DNA from: Acidobacteriota bacterium
Lineage (GTDB): Bacteria; Acidobacteriota; UBA890; WLXD01
Reading direction: 5' to 3'
DNA length: 64,000 nucleotides
NCBI GenBank assembly: GCA_963666055.2
Contig: CAXWPH010000015.1
Location: 1,024,001 to 1,088,000 of the forward strand
The notes under the pieces were generated by a model. That model did no database searches. It saw only the letters and a program-made list of their open reading frames with translations, and was not told the DNA's origin. This document shows, piece by piece, positions 1 to 9,628 of this stretch. The number at the start of each line of letters is the position of its first letter. The stretch's first letter is position 1. The translations under genes and the position numbers were made by a program.

Positions 1-106
1 AAGACCTACCGGATCTACGAAAAGCGATTGTAGTGTCGGCCGGTCACCTGCTTGCTGTTGCGTTTGATCCTGGGCGGCGCTCCTGCCGCACCCGTCGAGG
101 AATCTG

Positions 107-1090
107 ATGCCTGCCAACGTCGCTGTCATAACCGGCGGCACTGGGTTCATCGGCTGGAACCTAGGTGAGAGCCTGCGCGATTCGGGTTGGGAAGTGCGCG
201 CCGTGGTGCGCCCATCGAGCCCCAACGCCCTTCCGGATCGGGTGCAGCGAATCGATTGCGAGCTCGACGAGGTCGCCATGTCCGGCGCTTGTGAAGGCGC
301 CGCGATTGTCTACCACCTCGCCGGGTTGACGCGCGCCATCGACTACGAGTCGTTCGCACGGGTCAACATCGAGGGCGCCCGCCAGGCGGCGCTAGCAGCG
401 CGGCGCGCCGAGGCTTTCTTCGTGCTCGTGTCCAGTCAGGCCGGCGCCGGCGCAGGCACCCCCGAGCACCCGCGCACTGAGAAACACCAGCCCGCGCCGC
501 TGAGCTCGTACGGAAAGAGCAAGCTCGCCGGCGAGCGTGCGGTACAGAAGATCGAGGGCTTGCGATACGCGATCATCCGACCGCCGGGCGTTTATGGCCC
601 TCGCGACCGTGACTTCCTCGCTCTGTTCCGCGGCGGCAAGCGCGGCCTGTGTCCAGTGCTCGGCGATGCGGAGAGCGCCTACACGCTGATCCACGTGGCC
701 GACCTCGTCGCGGGTCTGCGGGCGGTAGGCGAGACCGGGGCCGCCGAGATCGACGCCGTCATGGGCGAGACTTTCTTCGTCGGCCACGCGGAGCCGGTGC
801 GGCAAGTCGACTTCGCCAGGTTGCTCTCGGAGGCCTACGACCGTCGTGTGCGGGTGGTTCCGGTGCCACGGTGGCTGTTGTACGTCATCGCCGAGGCCGG
901 TGAGCTCAGTGGCCGACTCACCGGACGGCCGGCGCTGCTGAACCGCGATCGCCTGCGCGAGCTCGGTGCTCCCGGGCTCGTCTGCGAGGTGGCGAAGATC
1001 GAGCGCGCCGTGGGTCACGTGGCGCGAATCGACGCGGCCCAAGGGTTCGAGGACACAGCGGACTGGTATCGGCAGCACGGCTGGCTTTGA
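107..1090 (+). CDS. NAD-dependent epimerase/dehydratase (extended SDR)
   Basis: N-terminal ITGGTGFIG Rossmann motif, YGKSK (YxxxK) catalytic motif, RPPGVYGP. Confidence 0.9.
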   Translation: MPANVAVITGGTGFIGWNLGESLRDSGWEVRAVVRPSSPNALPDRVQRIDCELDEVAMSGACEGAAIVYHLAGLTRAIDYESFARVNIEGARQAALAARRAEAFFVLVSSQAGAGAGTPEHPRTEKHQPAPLSSYGKSKLAGERAVQKIEGLRYAIIRPPGVYGPRDRDFLALFRGGKRGLCPVLGDAESAYTLIHVADLVAGLRAVGETGAAEIDAVMGETFFVGHAEPVRQVDFARLLSEAYDRRVRVVPVPRWLLYVIAEAGELSGRLTGRPALLNRDRLRELGAPGLVCEVAKIERAVGHVARIDAAQGFEDTADWYRQHGWL

Positions 1091-1167
1091 CAGCGGGTGC
1101 CACCGGCGAACAGGCGGCCCCATGTCAAGCGTTGTGGCTCGGATCGTGGGACCATCCTAGAAGAAGG

Positions 1168-1644
1168 TCAGTCCGCCGTGTCGAGGTCGAGCGATGCGGT
1201 GATCTCGATCTGCGGGTGCAGGCTTCGATAGACCGGGCAGCCGCCTGGATGCACTTCCATGACCCGGTCGATCACGGTGCGATCGGCGTCGGTGGTGCGG
1301 AGGTGATACGTCACGTGAATACGACGGATCACCAACGTACCGCCGTCTGACTCGATCTCGCCGACGGTGCTTGATCGCAGCCGACCGTCGCTTGCCGCTA
1401 TGCCTCGCTTCTCCAGCGCACCGCCGAAGGTACCGGTCATTCAGCCAGCAGCAGCGGCGACCACGTAGTCGAGCGTCGTGCTGACCGGAGAGAGGTTCTC
1501 CATCGAGACCCCATAGTGCTCGGCGATGGCGCCGTGCACGCCGAATTCCACCGATTCGCCGACCGGCATGGTTGCCGTACGCAGTGGGCCGCTGTTTCGC
1601 GTCAAGGCGATCTCCGATCGGTAGACGACATCTCCCATGTCCAT
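1168..1644 (-). CDS. OsmC/Ohr-like protein, probable selenoprotein (in-frame UGA at 1443-1441)
   Basis: ORFs 1441..1644 and 1168..1440 are in one frame, separated only by TGA: ...LDYVVAAAAG-U-MTGTF...HPGGCPVYRSL. The TGA falls at the first Cys position of the OsmC fold; the second Cys (CPV) is intact. Confidence 0.75.
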
Positions 1645-1785
1645 TCTCCAGCTTTGGGCTCTTCCGAGCGCCCGGTTTGGCGCTCGATGTTACGACGCCA
1701 GCGACTCGTCTGGAGCAGGGATTCGAGGACCCGTCGCAGGTGGAGACGAAAATTCGAAACTTCACCGTCGTCACCGCCGTCGTTA

Positions 1786-1815
1786 CTACAGAAACCGACA
1801 TAACAGTTTCTGTAG
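1786..1815. promoter_or_regulatory. Palindromic operator upstream of PadR
   Basis: Perfect 10-bp inverted repeat CTACAGAAAC-N10-GTTTCTGTAG, 11 bp before the PadR ATG. Confidence 0.6.
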
Positions 1816-1826
1816 GAGTGGCGCAG

Positions 1827-2165
1827 ATGAGCCCCACCGGCCCCGAAACACCGATCCGCATCACGCCCGCCTTTTTCTTCCTGCTGCTGACCCTCGTCGA
1901 CAGCGAGTGTCATGGCTACGCGATGGCGAAGGAAGTAGCCGAGCGCTCCGGTGGCAGCATCGATCTCGGACCCGGGTCGCTTTACTGGTCGCTGGGACGC
2001 CTCGCCGACGCCGGCTTGATCGAGGAGTCCGGCGGCCCCGCCGAGAGCGCTCGCAGCCGGCGCCGCTACTACCGGCTGACCGGTCTCGGCCGTACCACGC
2101 TGCGCCGCGAGACCGAGACGCTGTCCAAAGTGCTGAGCTTCGCTCGCGCCAAGCGAGTCCTCTGA
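1827..2165 (+). CDS. PadR family transcriptional regulator
   Basis: HGYAMAKEV...GPGSLYWSLGRL...RRRYYRLT winged-helix motifs; ATG at 1827 after GGAG. Confidence 0.92.
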   Translation: MSPTGPETPIRITPAFFFLLLTLVDSECHGYAMAKEVAERSGGSIDLGPGSLYWSLGRLADAGLIEESGGPAESARSRRRYYRLTGLGRTTLRRETETLSKVLSFARAKRVL

Positions 2166-2181
2166 GGGACGCTACGAGCCG

Positions 2182-4881
2182 ATGCAGTCACCGCTTCTCT
2201 TCCGCATCCTCCTGGCGCTGTATCCACGCCGCTTCCGGCGTCGCTACGGCGACGACGTGCTGGCCGCCATGCAGTCACGGCGTGACGAGCTGTACCGTGC
2301 CGGCCGACATCCCGGCCGACTGGCGAGCGTGTTGTTTCGTGACCTGGCCTTTGCACTACCCCGCGCCTGGCTGACGTATGGACCACGTCGCCGGTCGCGG
2401 GTTTTTTCCCCGTCCGAGGAAATACCCACCATGAGCAACCTGCTCGCCGACCTGCGTACCGTCTTCCGCCGCCTGTTTCACAAGCCGGGGCTCGCCGTGA
2501 TTGCGGTCCTTGCCATGGGATTGGGAATCGGCCTGACCACCGCGATGTTCAGCATCATCAACGGCGTCATGCTCAAGGGGTTGCCGTTCGACGAGCCGCA
2601 CGAGGTCGTGGCGCTCAACCGCGTGAACCTGTCTGAGGGTCCGGGTCGCCTGATCGGACGTATCCACGACTATCGCGACCTGGTCGAGAGACAGACGACC
2701 TTCGAGTACCTCGCCGGCATGGAGATCGTGCCTGCCAACGTCAGTCCCCCGGGGCAAGACCCGGAGTATCTCAACGCCGCCTCGGTGACCGCCAACATGT
2801 TCACGTTGCTGGGAACAACCCCGGCGCGCGGGCGCACCTTCTCGGTCGACGACGAGGTGCCCGGGGGTCCGTCGGTAGCGGTTGTCGGGTACCGATTCTG
2901 GCAGGACCGGCTGAGCGGGGCGTCCGACGTGGTGGGCAGTACGTTCCGGGTGAACGGCGCCCAGACCACGGTGATCGGGGTGATGCCCGAGGGATTCGAG
3001 TTCCCGTTCAACCAGCAACTCTGGCTGCCGCTGCAGGTCGACATCGACGCCTTCGGGCGCACCGATGGTCCGAACCTCTTGATGGTGGGGCGCTTGGCGG
3101 ACGGGGTGACGATGGCCCAGGCGCAGGGCGATCTCGAGCGCATCATGCGTGGTCTCGGTGAGGAGTACCCGGAGACCAACGAGGGAATGACGATGCTCAT
3201 GGGCCTGTACGTGCGCGAGATCATCGGCTACCAGATGCCGCAATTCCTCTTCACCATGCTCGGCGCGGTGTCGCTGGTGCTGGTCATCGCCTGCGCCAAC
3301 GTCGCCAACCTGTTGCTGGCGCGCGCCAGCTTGCGCAGCAAGGAGGTCGCCATATGCAGTGCGCTCGGCGCGAGCCGGGCACGCGTGTTCGGTCAGTTGC
3401 TGATGGAAGCGGGCATGATTGCCAGCCTCGGGGCGCTAGTAGGTATCGGGCTCGGCAAGCTGGGGATAGACCTGTTCAACCGTGCGTTGACGGCGCTACC
3501 TGGGAGCCTGCCATTCTGGTTCGACATCAGCATCGATCCTGATGTGCTGCTGTTCGTCGTCGGTTTGACGCTAGCCGCCAGCCTACTGTCGGGGCTGTTG
3601 CCGGCCGTGCAGGCGTCGGGCGCCGAGCTGAGCAATGTGCTCAAAGACGTCGCGCGCGGTGGCTCGAGTCTTCGCATCGGCAGGCTCAGCCGAGCGCTTG
3701 TCGTGGTCGAGGTGGCGTTCTGCTGCGCCTTGCTGGTGGCAGCCGGGCTGATGGTGCGCAGTGTCACCAACATGTCGAGCATCGACTACCCGTTCCAGGT
3801 CGATGGTTTGCTTACAGCGCAGGTGGCGCTGCCGCCGTCCGACTACCCCGACGCGATGACGCAGCGGCTGTTCTTCGAGGAGCTGGGTGGTCGCTTACAC
3901 GCCATTCCAGGTGCCGAGGCCGCATCGATCGCCACCGACCTTCCGGTCGTCGGCTTCGACAACGGGCGCTATGCGATCGAAGGGCAGACGTATCAGGCCG
4001 ATCGTGACTATCCGAGTGCCCGGATCGGCTCCGTCGACCCCGACTACTTCGCGAGCCTCGAAGCGCCCGTCCTGGAGGGTCGTGCGTTCACCATTGCCGA
4101 CAACGCCGACGGGATGCCAGTGGCAATCGTGAACCAGGCCTTCGTCGCGACCCACTTTGCAAACGAGTCGGCCATCGGGCAGCGCGTGTCGATACGAGGG
4201 GTACTCACCACGGGCCAGACCGAGCGCGACGATGACATCTGGTACACGATCGTCGGGGTGGTGCCCGATCTGTATCTCGACGCCCAGCTTTTCATTCTCG
4301 GCGTGGAGGCGATCTATACGCCGTTTGCCCAACGGCCAGCCTCCGCAGCAAGCGTGATGGTGCGTAGCACCGGTGATCCGCTGGAGCTGACCGATGCCGT
4401 GCGTAAGGCGGTGACCGCCATCGACCCCGATCTGCCGATCTCGGGGGTGTCGACGCTCCGGGCGTCGATCGACAACACCCAGCAATTTCTGCGCATCTTC
4501 GGCGTCATGTTCACCATCTTCGGTGCGGCGGCATTGTTCCTCGCCACCGTCGGCCTGTACGGCGTGCTGGCGTTCTCGGTGAGTCAGCGAACCCACGAGG
4601 TCGGGCTTCGCGTTGCCCTCGGGGCCGCCCCCAGCGATGTGGTGGGTCTGGTAATGCGGCAGGGAATGCGCCAACTGGTGGTGGGAATGCTGCTCGGGCT
4701 CCTGCTGGCGGCCGGATTGGGGCGCTTGCTGTCGTTCGTGCTGTACGACGTGCAGCCGCTGGACCCGGTCGTATTCGGTGGCATCGTGGTAATCCTGACG
4801 GTGACCGGGCTGGTGGCGAGCTATCTCCCGGCGCGGCGGGCGACGTGGGTTGACCCGCTAGTGGCGATGCGCTCGGAATAG
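2182..4881 (+). CDS. ABC permease, acidobacterial duplicated orphan permease (ADOP; two MacB/FtsX halves)
   Basis: LGIGLTTAMFS, IACANVANLLLARA, EVGLRVALGA and PARRATWVDPLVAMRSE motifs; follows PadR as is typical. Confidence 0.92.
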   Translation: MQSPLLFRILLALYPRRFRRRYGDDVLAAMQSRRDELYRAGRHPGRLASVLFRDLAFALPRAWLTYGPRRRSRVFSPSEEIPTMSNLLADLRTVFRRLFHKPGLAVIAVLAMGLGIGLTTAMFSIINGVMLKGLPFDEPHEVVALNRVNLSEGPGRLIGRIHDYRDLVERQTTFEYLAGMEIVPANVSPPGQDPEYLNAASVTANMFTLLGTTPARGRTFSVDDEVPGGPSVAVVGYRFWQDRLSGASDVVGSTFRVNGAQTTVIGVMPEGFEFPFNQQLWLPLQVDIDAFGRTDGPNLLMVGRLADGVTMAQAQGDLERIMRGLGEEYPETNEGMTMLMGLYVREIIGYQMPQFLFTMLGAVSLVLVIACANVANLLLARASLRSKEVAICSALGASRARVFGQLLMEAGMIASLGALVGIGLGKLGIDLFNRALTALPGSLPFWFDISIDPDVLLFVVGLTLAASLLSGLLPAVQASGAELSNVLKDVARGGSSLRIGRLSRALVVVEVAFCCALLVAAGLMVRSVTNMSSIDYPFQVDGLLTAQVALPPSDYPDAMTQRLFFEELGGRLHAIPGAEAASIATDLPVVGFDNGRYAIEGQTYQADRDYPSARIGSVDPDYFASLEAPVLEGRAFTIADNADGMPVAIVNQAFVATHFANESAIGQRVSIRGVLTTGQTERDDDIWYTIVGVVPDLYLDAQLFILGVEAIYTPFAQRPASAASVMVRSTGDPLELTDAVRKAVTAIDPDLPISGVSTLRASIDNTQQFLRIFGVMFTIFGAAALFLATVGLYGVLAFSVSQRTHEVGLRVALGAAPSDVVGLVMRQGMRQLVVGMLLGLLLAAGLGRLLSFVLYDVQPLDPVVFGGIVVILTVTGLVASYLPARRATWVDPLVAMRSE

Positions 4882-4952
4882 GGCCTGGAGGTGGGTGAGC
4901 GCATATGAGCGTGCGTAGACGCTCATGAGTGCGCACTCCGGGTGCACTCGGT
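4877..4952 (+). repeat. Palindromic intergenic repeat, copy 1
   Basis: GGAGGTGGGTGAGCG..GCGTAG.CGCTCATGAG.GCGCACTCCGGGTGCACTCGG recurs at 28809-28875. Confidence 0.75.
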
Positions 4953-5037
4953 TCCCTCCACTGGATGTCGAACGCGCTGACGACACTGACACCGACGAGT
5001 CACAGTCACGGAAGGCGCCACCGGCTGGCGAACCGGT

Positions 5038-5090
5038 GTCATCCTCAACTGGTTTGACGAGTTGAGGAGGAGCGGGTGCCTAGCGGGTGA
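5038..5090 (+). repeat. Degenerate orphan kinase-tail repeat
   Basis: GTCATCCTCAACTGGTTTGACGAGTTGAGG encodes VILNWFDELR, with a frameshifted ERVPSG* continuation. Confidence 0.7.
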
Positions 5091-5103
5091 CTTGGTTGGA
5101 GAC

Positions 5104-5467
5104 TCAGCGGGGCTTGCGGAACTTTGAGCAGGAAGCGATCCATCTCGTGGCGGGCGCCCCAGCCCCCTGTGCGATGGTCGTCGTCCGGATTGCGAAGGAT
5201 GTCGGAGCTGTCGGCGTGCTCGAAGCCGCCCGCGACGAACTCCGCGACAGCGACGCGCCAGTTGAGGCGATGCAGGTCCTCGTCGTCGTGGAACAGGTGA
5301 TTGTCCAGCTCGACGATTCCGAAGACGCCCCGGACGACCACTTTGCCCGGCCGCTTGAGCAACGACTCCAGCACCGCCAGCACACGCGGGGGCAGGAGAA
5401 TCTCCTCGCCGTCGCGGTAGAGGATCCGCGACTCGGAATCGTAGCGGCAGTCGCCGAACTCGATCAT
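5104..5467 (-). pseudogene. Chimera: winged-helix (CadC/OmpR-type) N-terminal fragment fused to a methyltransferase C-terminal fragment
   Basis: MIEFGDCRYDSESRILYRDGEEILLPPRVLAVLESLLKRPGKVV is a wHTH start. The rest (GVFGIVE..HRLN..EFVAGGFE..LRNPDDD..DRFLLK, then FRKPR in another frame) aligns with the C-terminus of 53732..54604. Confidence 0.7.
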
Positions 5468-5715
5468 TGGCAGTCCTCGTGCCGGTCGGAAAGGTGCTGG
5501 GTTGTTGAGGACCTCTTGGAGTCTGGGTGGCGCCTCGATGTGAAAGGTTGCGACGCCGGAACACTATTTGGGGCGTCGCCCGCCGACAAGGGTTATCCGG
5601 CGTAATTCTTTGTCTATCAACGATTTCGGGACATTGGGAACTTCCTTCGGTATTGCTCTGAACTCGCTCACGAGATTGAGAAGCCTGCGCCGCACCTTGG
5701 CCTCGCTGATTCGGC

Positions 5716-6402
5716 ATGTCGCCGGATCCAAGGACAAGCGAGGCAACAGTGGGCGCACGATACGCGGTACTGGTCGCAATGATCCTGAGCGTTGCGGCGG
5801 TCGCCGACGCCGCCGAAAGCTCCCCGAGCGATGGCTCCTTCTTACAGGCTGATCCCGTGCCTGGTATGCCGTTGGCCTACCGGGACCAAGGCCAGCTGAG
5901 CGACCGCGTCCGAGACGCCATGCGGGCCGAAGTCGCGAGGATCCTGACGGATGCCGGCATCTCCGTAGACGAGTTCACTCGCGAGGAGTTAGATGAAGGC
6001 CGGCAGCCGGTCGACGGCGTGTTGGTCAGCATCCTCGTGTGGGACAAGCACCCGACCTACTGGAAGCTGCAGGAAAACACGTTGGGCGTAACGATCCTCG
6101 GCGAGACCGTACCCAGCGTCGTCTACGTCTTCTACCCGGTAGTGTTGAGAGAGCTGGGCATCGGGACGAAGAAGTCGGCCAGCTACACCGACGAAGAGAT
6201 CGGTCGTGCCCTGGCCCGATTAGCGGTACACGAGATCGTCCACGCCTTCTGCCCCGACCACAAGCACACCCGCTGGGGCATCATGGGCCACATACAGGGT
6301 GCCAGGTCGCTGACCGACGCGGGCGCGACGCTAGGCGGGTCCGCCGCGACAGCTCTGGTCGAAGCATGGGGAACGGCTCGCGACGCCATCGCCCAACCTT
6401 GA
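5716..6402 (+). CDS. Secreted hypothetical protein with zinc-metallopeptidase-like motif
   Basis: Signal peptide; HEIVHAFCPDHKH followed by GIM. Confidence 0.65.
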   Translation: MSPDPRTSEATVGARYAVLVAMILSVAAVADAAESSPSDGSFLQADPVPGMPLAYRDQGQLSDRVRDAMRAEVARILTDAGISVDEFTREELDEGRQPVDGVLVSILVWDKHPTYWKLQENTLGVTILGETVPSVVYVFYPVVLRELGIGTKKSASYTDEEIGRALARLAVHEIVHAFCPDHKHTRWGIMGHIQGARSLTDAGATLGGSAATALVEAWGTARDAIAQP

Positions 6403-6484
6403 AACAGCGCCACCACTGACCCAGGTTCCGGTGATCATCAACTGGTTCGAGGAACTGAAGCGGCTCGTGCCGACGGACCCGTAG
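6401..6484 (+). repeat. Orphan kinase-tail repeat
   Basis: Encodes ETAPPLTQVPVIINWFEELKRLVPTDP*; nearly identical to 51262-51345. Confidence 0.95.
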
Positions 6485-6653
6485 CCTCATCAGCTCACAC
6501 TGGCGAACCGCGCCACATACTCCGCGTGGTGTTCGAAATCGTGTCCGTTGGGGCTACCTTTTCTTACCCGCCTGAGCACGCGTCCCTCCTTCTGGTCCGG
6601 CGGTCACCATGCTCGCGTGGCCCTGCGAACCGGGACGCCGGCGGCCGCTGCGA

Positions 6654-7190
6654 CTACGAGGACGAGCGCCCCGACCCCTGCGAGAGCGAGTGCAATAGGG
6701 CGACGACCACCTGGTCCTTCGCAGCCTGGTACGCATCGCGGTCGTGCGCGAACCGTCGGGCGAGCGCTCCTTTCGCCGCCGCGTACTCCTGCGCCAGCTC
6801 GCGGTGACTGCGCAGCGCATCTCGGAAGGCGAGCGTCGCCGTCCACTGCGGCCCGTCCTTCTCGACCATGTGGAGGTGGTGCGTGCGCGGCTCGCCCTTC
6901 ACGAAGTAGTGGCGCCGCGCGATCCCGGCCTCGCCGCGATACTCGTAGCGGAGCTCCTCGAGGGGCGCGACGCACCCGGCGGCATCCTCGTAGCTGGCGA
7001 CCCCGACGAGGAGGTCGAGAATGGGCTTGGCGGGCACGCCCTTGATCGCCGTACTCCCGATGTGGCGGACATCGAGGATGTACGGACCGATCGCCGACTC
7101 GATGCGCTGTGCCTCGCGTTCGAACGCGCGCGCCCACTCGTCGTGCGCGCGGTGCAACGAAACTGTTCCCGAAGGCAGTCCCAGGATCAA
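6654..7190 (-). CDS. GrpB family (nucleotidyltransferase-fold) protein
   Basis: HIGSTAIKGVPAKPILDL, HHLH, FRDALR, YAAAK motifs; probable TTG start at 7190. Confidence 0.88.
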   Translation of the reverse strand: MILGLPSGTVSLHRAHDEWARAFEREAQRIESAIGPYILDVRHIGSTAIKGVPAKPILDLLVGVASYEDAAGCVAPLEELRYEYRGEAGIARRHYFVKGEPRTHHLHMVEKDGPQWTATLAFRDALRSHRELAQEYAAAKGALARRFAHDRDAYQAAKDQVVVALLHSLSQGSGRSSS

Positions 7191-7450
7191 CTCGTTGCCC
7201 CGCGCCTGATCACGGCCGCAGCAACGCCCGCCTCGGTCCAAGGCTTCGACCGGCCGATCGGCGTGGCGATACCTGTGCGTTCCTGCATGCGACCGAGCGT
7301 AGCGACGATCGAGCGGCGGTACAACGCAACCGAGCGACGGAGGCGAGGTGGACGCCACGCGCGTCAAGCGCCCCTAGTACCCGCCTCGAACCACCCGCTA
7401 CTCACCACCGCCAATCGGCATTGCAACCGGTCAATCCCCTTTGGGGCTAC

Positions 7451-7644
7451 TTTGTCAGAGGGGGACTTCCTGGGCGGTTTGAACGGATACGCCAACGGTG
7501 CCTCGGACTTCGACGTGACCGGGGGACGGGCAGCGTTTCGTGATGCTGGAAGCCGCCACCCAATCGCTGAGCGGCGTCGGGACCGTGACGCTGGTCCTCA
7601 ACTGGTTCGACGAGCTGAAGCGGCTCGTGCCGACGGACCCGTAG
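7451..7644 (+). pseudogene. Orphan 3' fragment of a kinase-propeller gene
   Basis: SDFDVTG / DGQRFVMLEAATQSLSGVGTVTLVLNWFDELKRLVPTDP*, with one frameshift. Confidence 0.9.
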
Positions 7645-7847
7645 CGGCGTCCAGCCGAGTCTCGGGAGCCCGCGCCATCAACGCGCCTACCTGTCCGCCA
7701 GTTTCCCCCTTGACATTCCTCGAACACGAGATGCCGGGGGCGGTACCGGGCCGGATCGACCTGCTCGTGCGTTAGGGAGACCCACTCCCGAACTCCGGGG
7801 ATAGGTGCGGCTCGTCGGTGAGGGGCTCACAGGGTCGTAGCGGGCGT
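7645..7847 (+). repeat. ~200-bp non-coding repeat following the kinase tail, copy 1
   Basis: Colinear with 20247-20448; its start CAGCCGAGTCTCG also occurs at ~37110. Confidence 0.85.
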
Positions 7848-8097
7848 GTCGGAGGCCGCATGATGGGGTAGAGGGTCAGGGCCCGGCGTCGCCAGTGTCG
7901 CCGTCGCCGCCTATATCCGTGGATGACGACCATGATGATGCTGACAATGGATCAGGCACCCCGTAGCCCTGGTATGCGCGGCAAGAGGCTGCGATTCGTC
8001 GGCAACCTTGAGCAGCCGCCGCCGCCCTGGCCAGCCGCCAGCGGGGGCGCCGCCGCCGTTACAATCCACATAGAGTTTGCGGTTCAGTTCGACGACG

Positions 8098-8179
8098 CTT
8101 ATCCGCGATCCGTTTCAGCCTGCCCACCTCCACAACCTCGGTCGCATCGCGGATAAGATCCAATTCGTTGGCCGGCGTG
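8098..8179 (+). other. attC-like remnant upstream of the cupin gene
   Basis: 12-bp perfect inverted repeat CTTATCCGCGAT/ATCGCGGATAAG followed by GTTGGCCGGCGTG. Confidence 0.5.
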
Positions 8180-8194
8180 GGTCGTAGCTGGGAG

Positions 8195-8872
8195 ATGGTT
8201 GTGCGGCACTTGTCATGGGGCATTGCGATTGTCGTCGCTCTCTTCGTTGTGGTCGGACCGCTCTTGGATCGCGTCGTATTCCCTGAGCTCGAACCTGGAT
8301 TGGAGTTCATTCCAGAGGTCGGCCAAGTCTTCCACAGCGAGTCCGAAGGGTTCACGCAACGGATCATTCGGCGCGAGCCGGGCCTAATCTGGTCAGAATT
8401 GACCCTTCATCCACATGCGCCCGGCCCCCCTCCCCATGTCCATACGACTTTCTCCGAGCGTTTCCGTGTGAAGCGCGGGACCGTGACTGTGCTCGTTGGG
8501 GATGAAGTCATGCAGCTTCATGCGGGCGAAGAGTTCCTCGTTGCGCCTGGAGTCGCCCATCAGCCGTTCAACGAGACGGACCAGATAGCTGTTGTGTCGG
8601 GGCCACTCACACCGGAGTACGCGCTGCCGGAGCGTTTCGGAATCTTCCTTTCACAGGCTTACGGCTTCTTCGATGCCGCACCGGAGAACCGCGTGCCTCC
8701 TCGCGCGCTCCTGCAAATGTCCCGGTTCAGCCCAGCATACGACTCTTGGTTGGGAGGGCCTCCTGTAGCGCTGCAAAGGGCGGCCTACTGGGTCCTTGGT
8801 CCCATCGCGAGGCTGCTCGGTTATCGTGCCTACTACTCGGAGTACGCTCCCGCCCGGGTAGCAGTTGAGTAG
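8195..8872 (+). CDS. Cupin-domain membrane-anchored protein
   Basis: GPPPHVH..E.F.V..G and PGVAHQPFN cupin motifs; N-terminal TM segment. Confidence 0.85.
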   Translation: MVVRHLSWGIAIVVALFVVVGPLLDRVVFPELEPGLEFIPEVGQVFHSESEGFTQRIIRREPGLIWSELTLHPHAPGPPPHVHTTFSERFRVKRGTVTVLVGDEVMQLHAGEEFLVAPGVAHQPFNETDQIAVVSGPLTPEYALPERFGIFLSQAYGFFDAAPENRVPPRALLQMSRFSPAYDSWLGGPPVALQRAAYWVLGPIARLLGYRAYYSEYAPARVAVE

Positions 8873-9334
8873 GCACGCCGCCTAACACCTATAGGGTCCC
8901 CAGGTAGCGTGTCGGAGGCCGCATCGTGGGGTAGAGGTGGGGGCGCGTGTCGTCATGAGCGTCGCCGGTGTCGCCGTCGCCGGCCGCGTGGCGCGGCGGC
9001 ATCGTCCCAGCCAGGCACCGGCGCTAGCCGCGAGTCCTGCAGCCAAGACACCTGGGCGCGCGGCGTCAAATTGGTTCCACGCAGTAACTTACGTCGACTG
9101 AGGCGTTGCCTGGACTGCTGGATTCCGCAAGGATACCGTCGAAGCGATTGCAGTCGAATACTTAGGCAGGCGGATGAATCCGTGACGGTAGACCTAGAGA
9201 TCTTCGTTCAGAAGCCGTACCGCGACTCGCCTGAATGGCGCCAGGTCGCGCGTGTTGCGGATCGCCTGCACATTGGGCCTCCCCCGATTTCCCGGACACC
9301 TTTGGAAGCCCGATAATGGGCTCGGAGGTGAAGA

Positions 9335-9628
9335 ATGGGGTCACGACGGCGGTACAGTCGCGAGTTCAAGATTGAGGCTGTGAGGATGGTGACGCAGCTG
9401 GGCCATCCGGTGTCTGAGGTGGCGCGGGATCTGGGCGTTGGCCGCGGCATGTTGACCAAGTGGCGCAAACAACTCCAGGAGCAGGGGGTCACGGCGTTTC
9501 CGGGAGTGGGGAAGATGCCCGACCAGGACCTGGACGGGCAACAGCTACGGCGGGACCTGCGGCGAGTACGGCAGGAGCGCGACATTCTAAAAAAAGCGTT
9601 GGCGATCTTCTCGGAACGCCCGCGATGA
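9335..9628 (+). CDS. IS3 transposase OrfA
   Basis: RRRYSREFKIEAVR...VARDLGV...ERDILKKA. Confidence 0.92.
   Translation: MGSRRRYSREFKIEAVRMVTQLGHPVSEVARDLGVGRGMLTKWRKQLQEQGVTAFPGVGKMPDQDLDGQQLRRDLRRVRQERDILKKALAIFSERPR

Noticed and set aside
6641-7225. 13-bp imperfect direct repeat flanking the GrpB gene
   Set aside because: Very GC-rich with two mismatches; plausible by chance.
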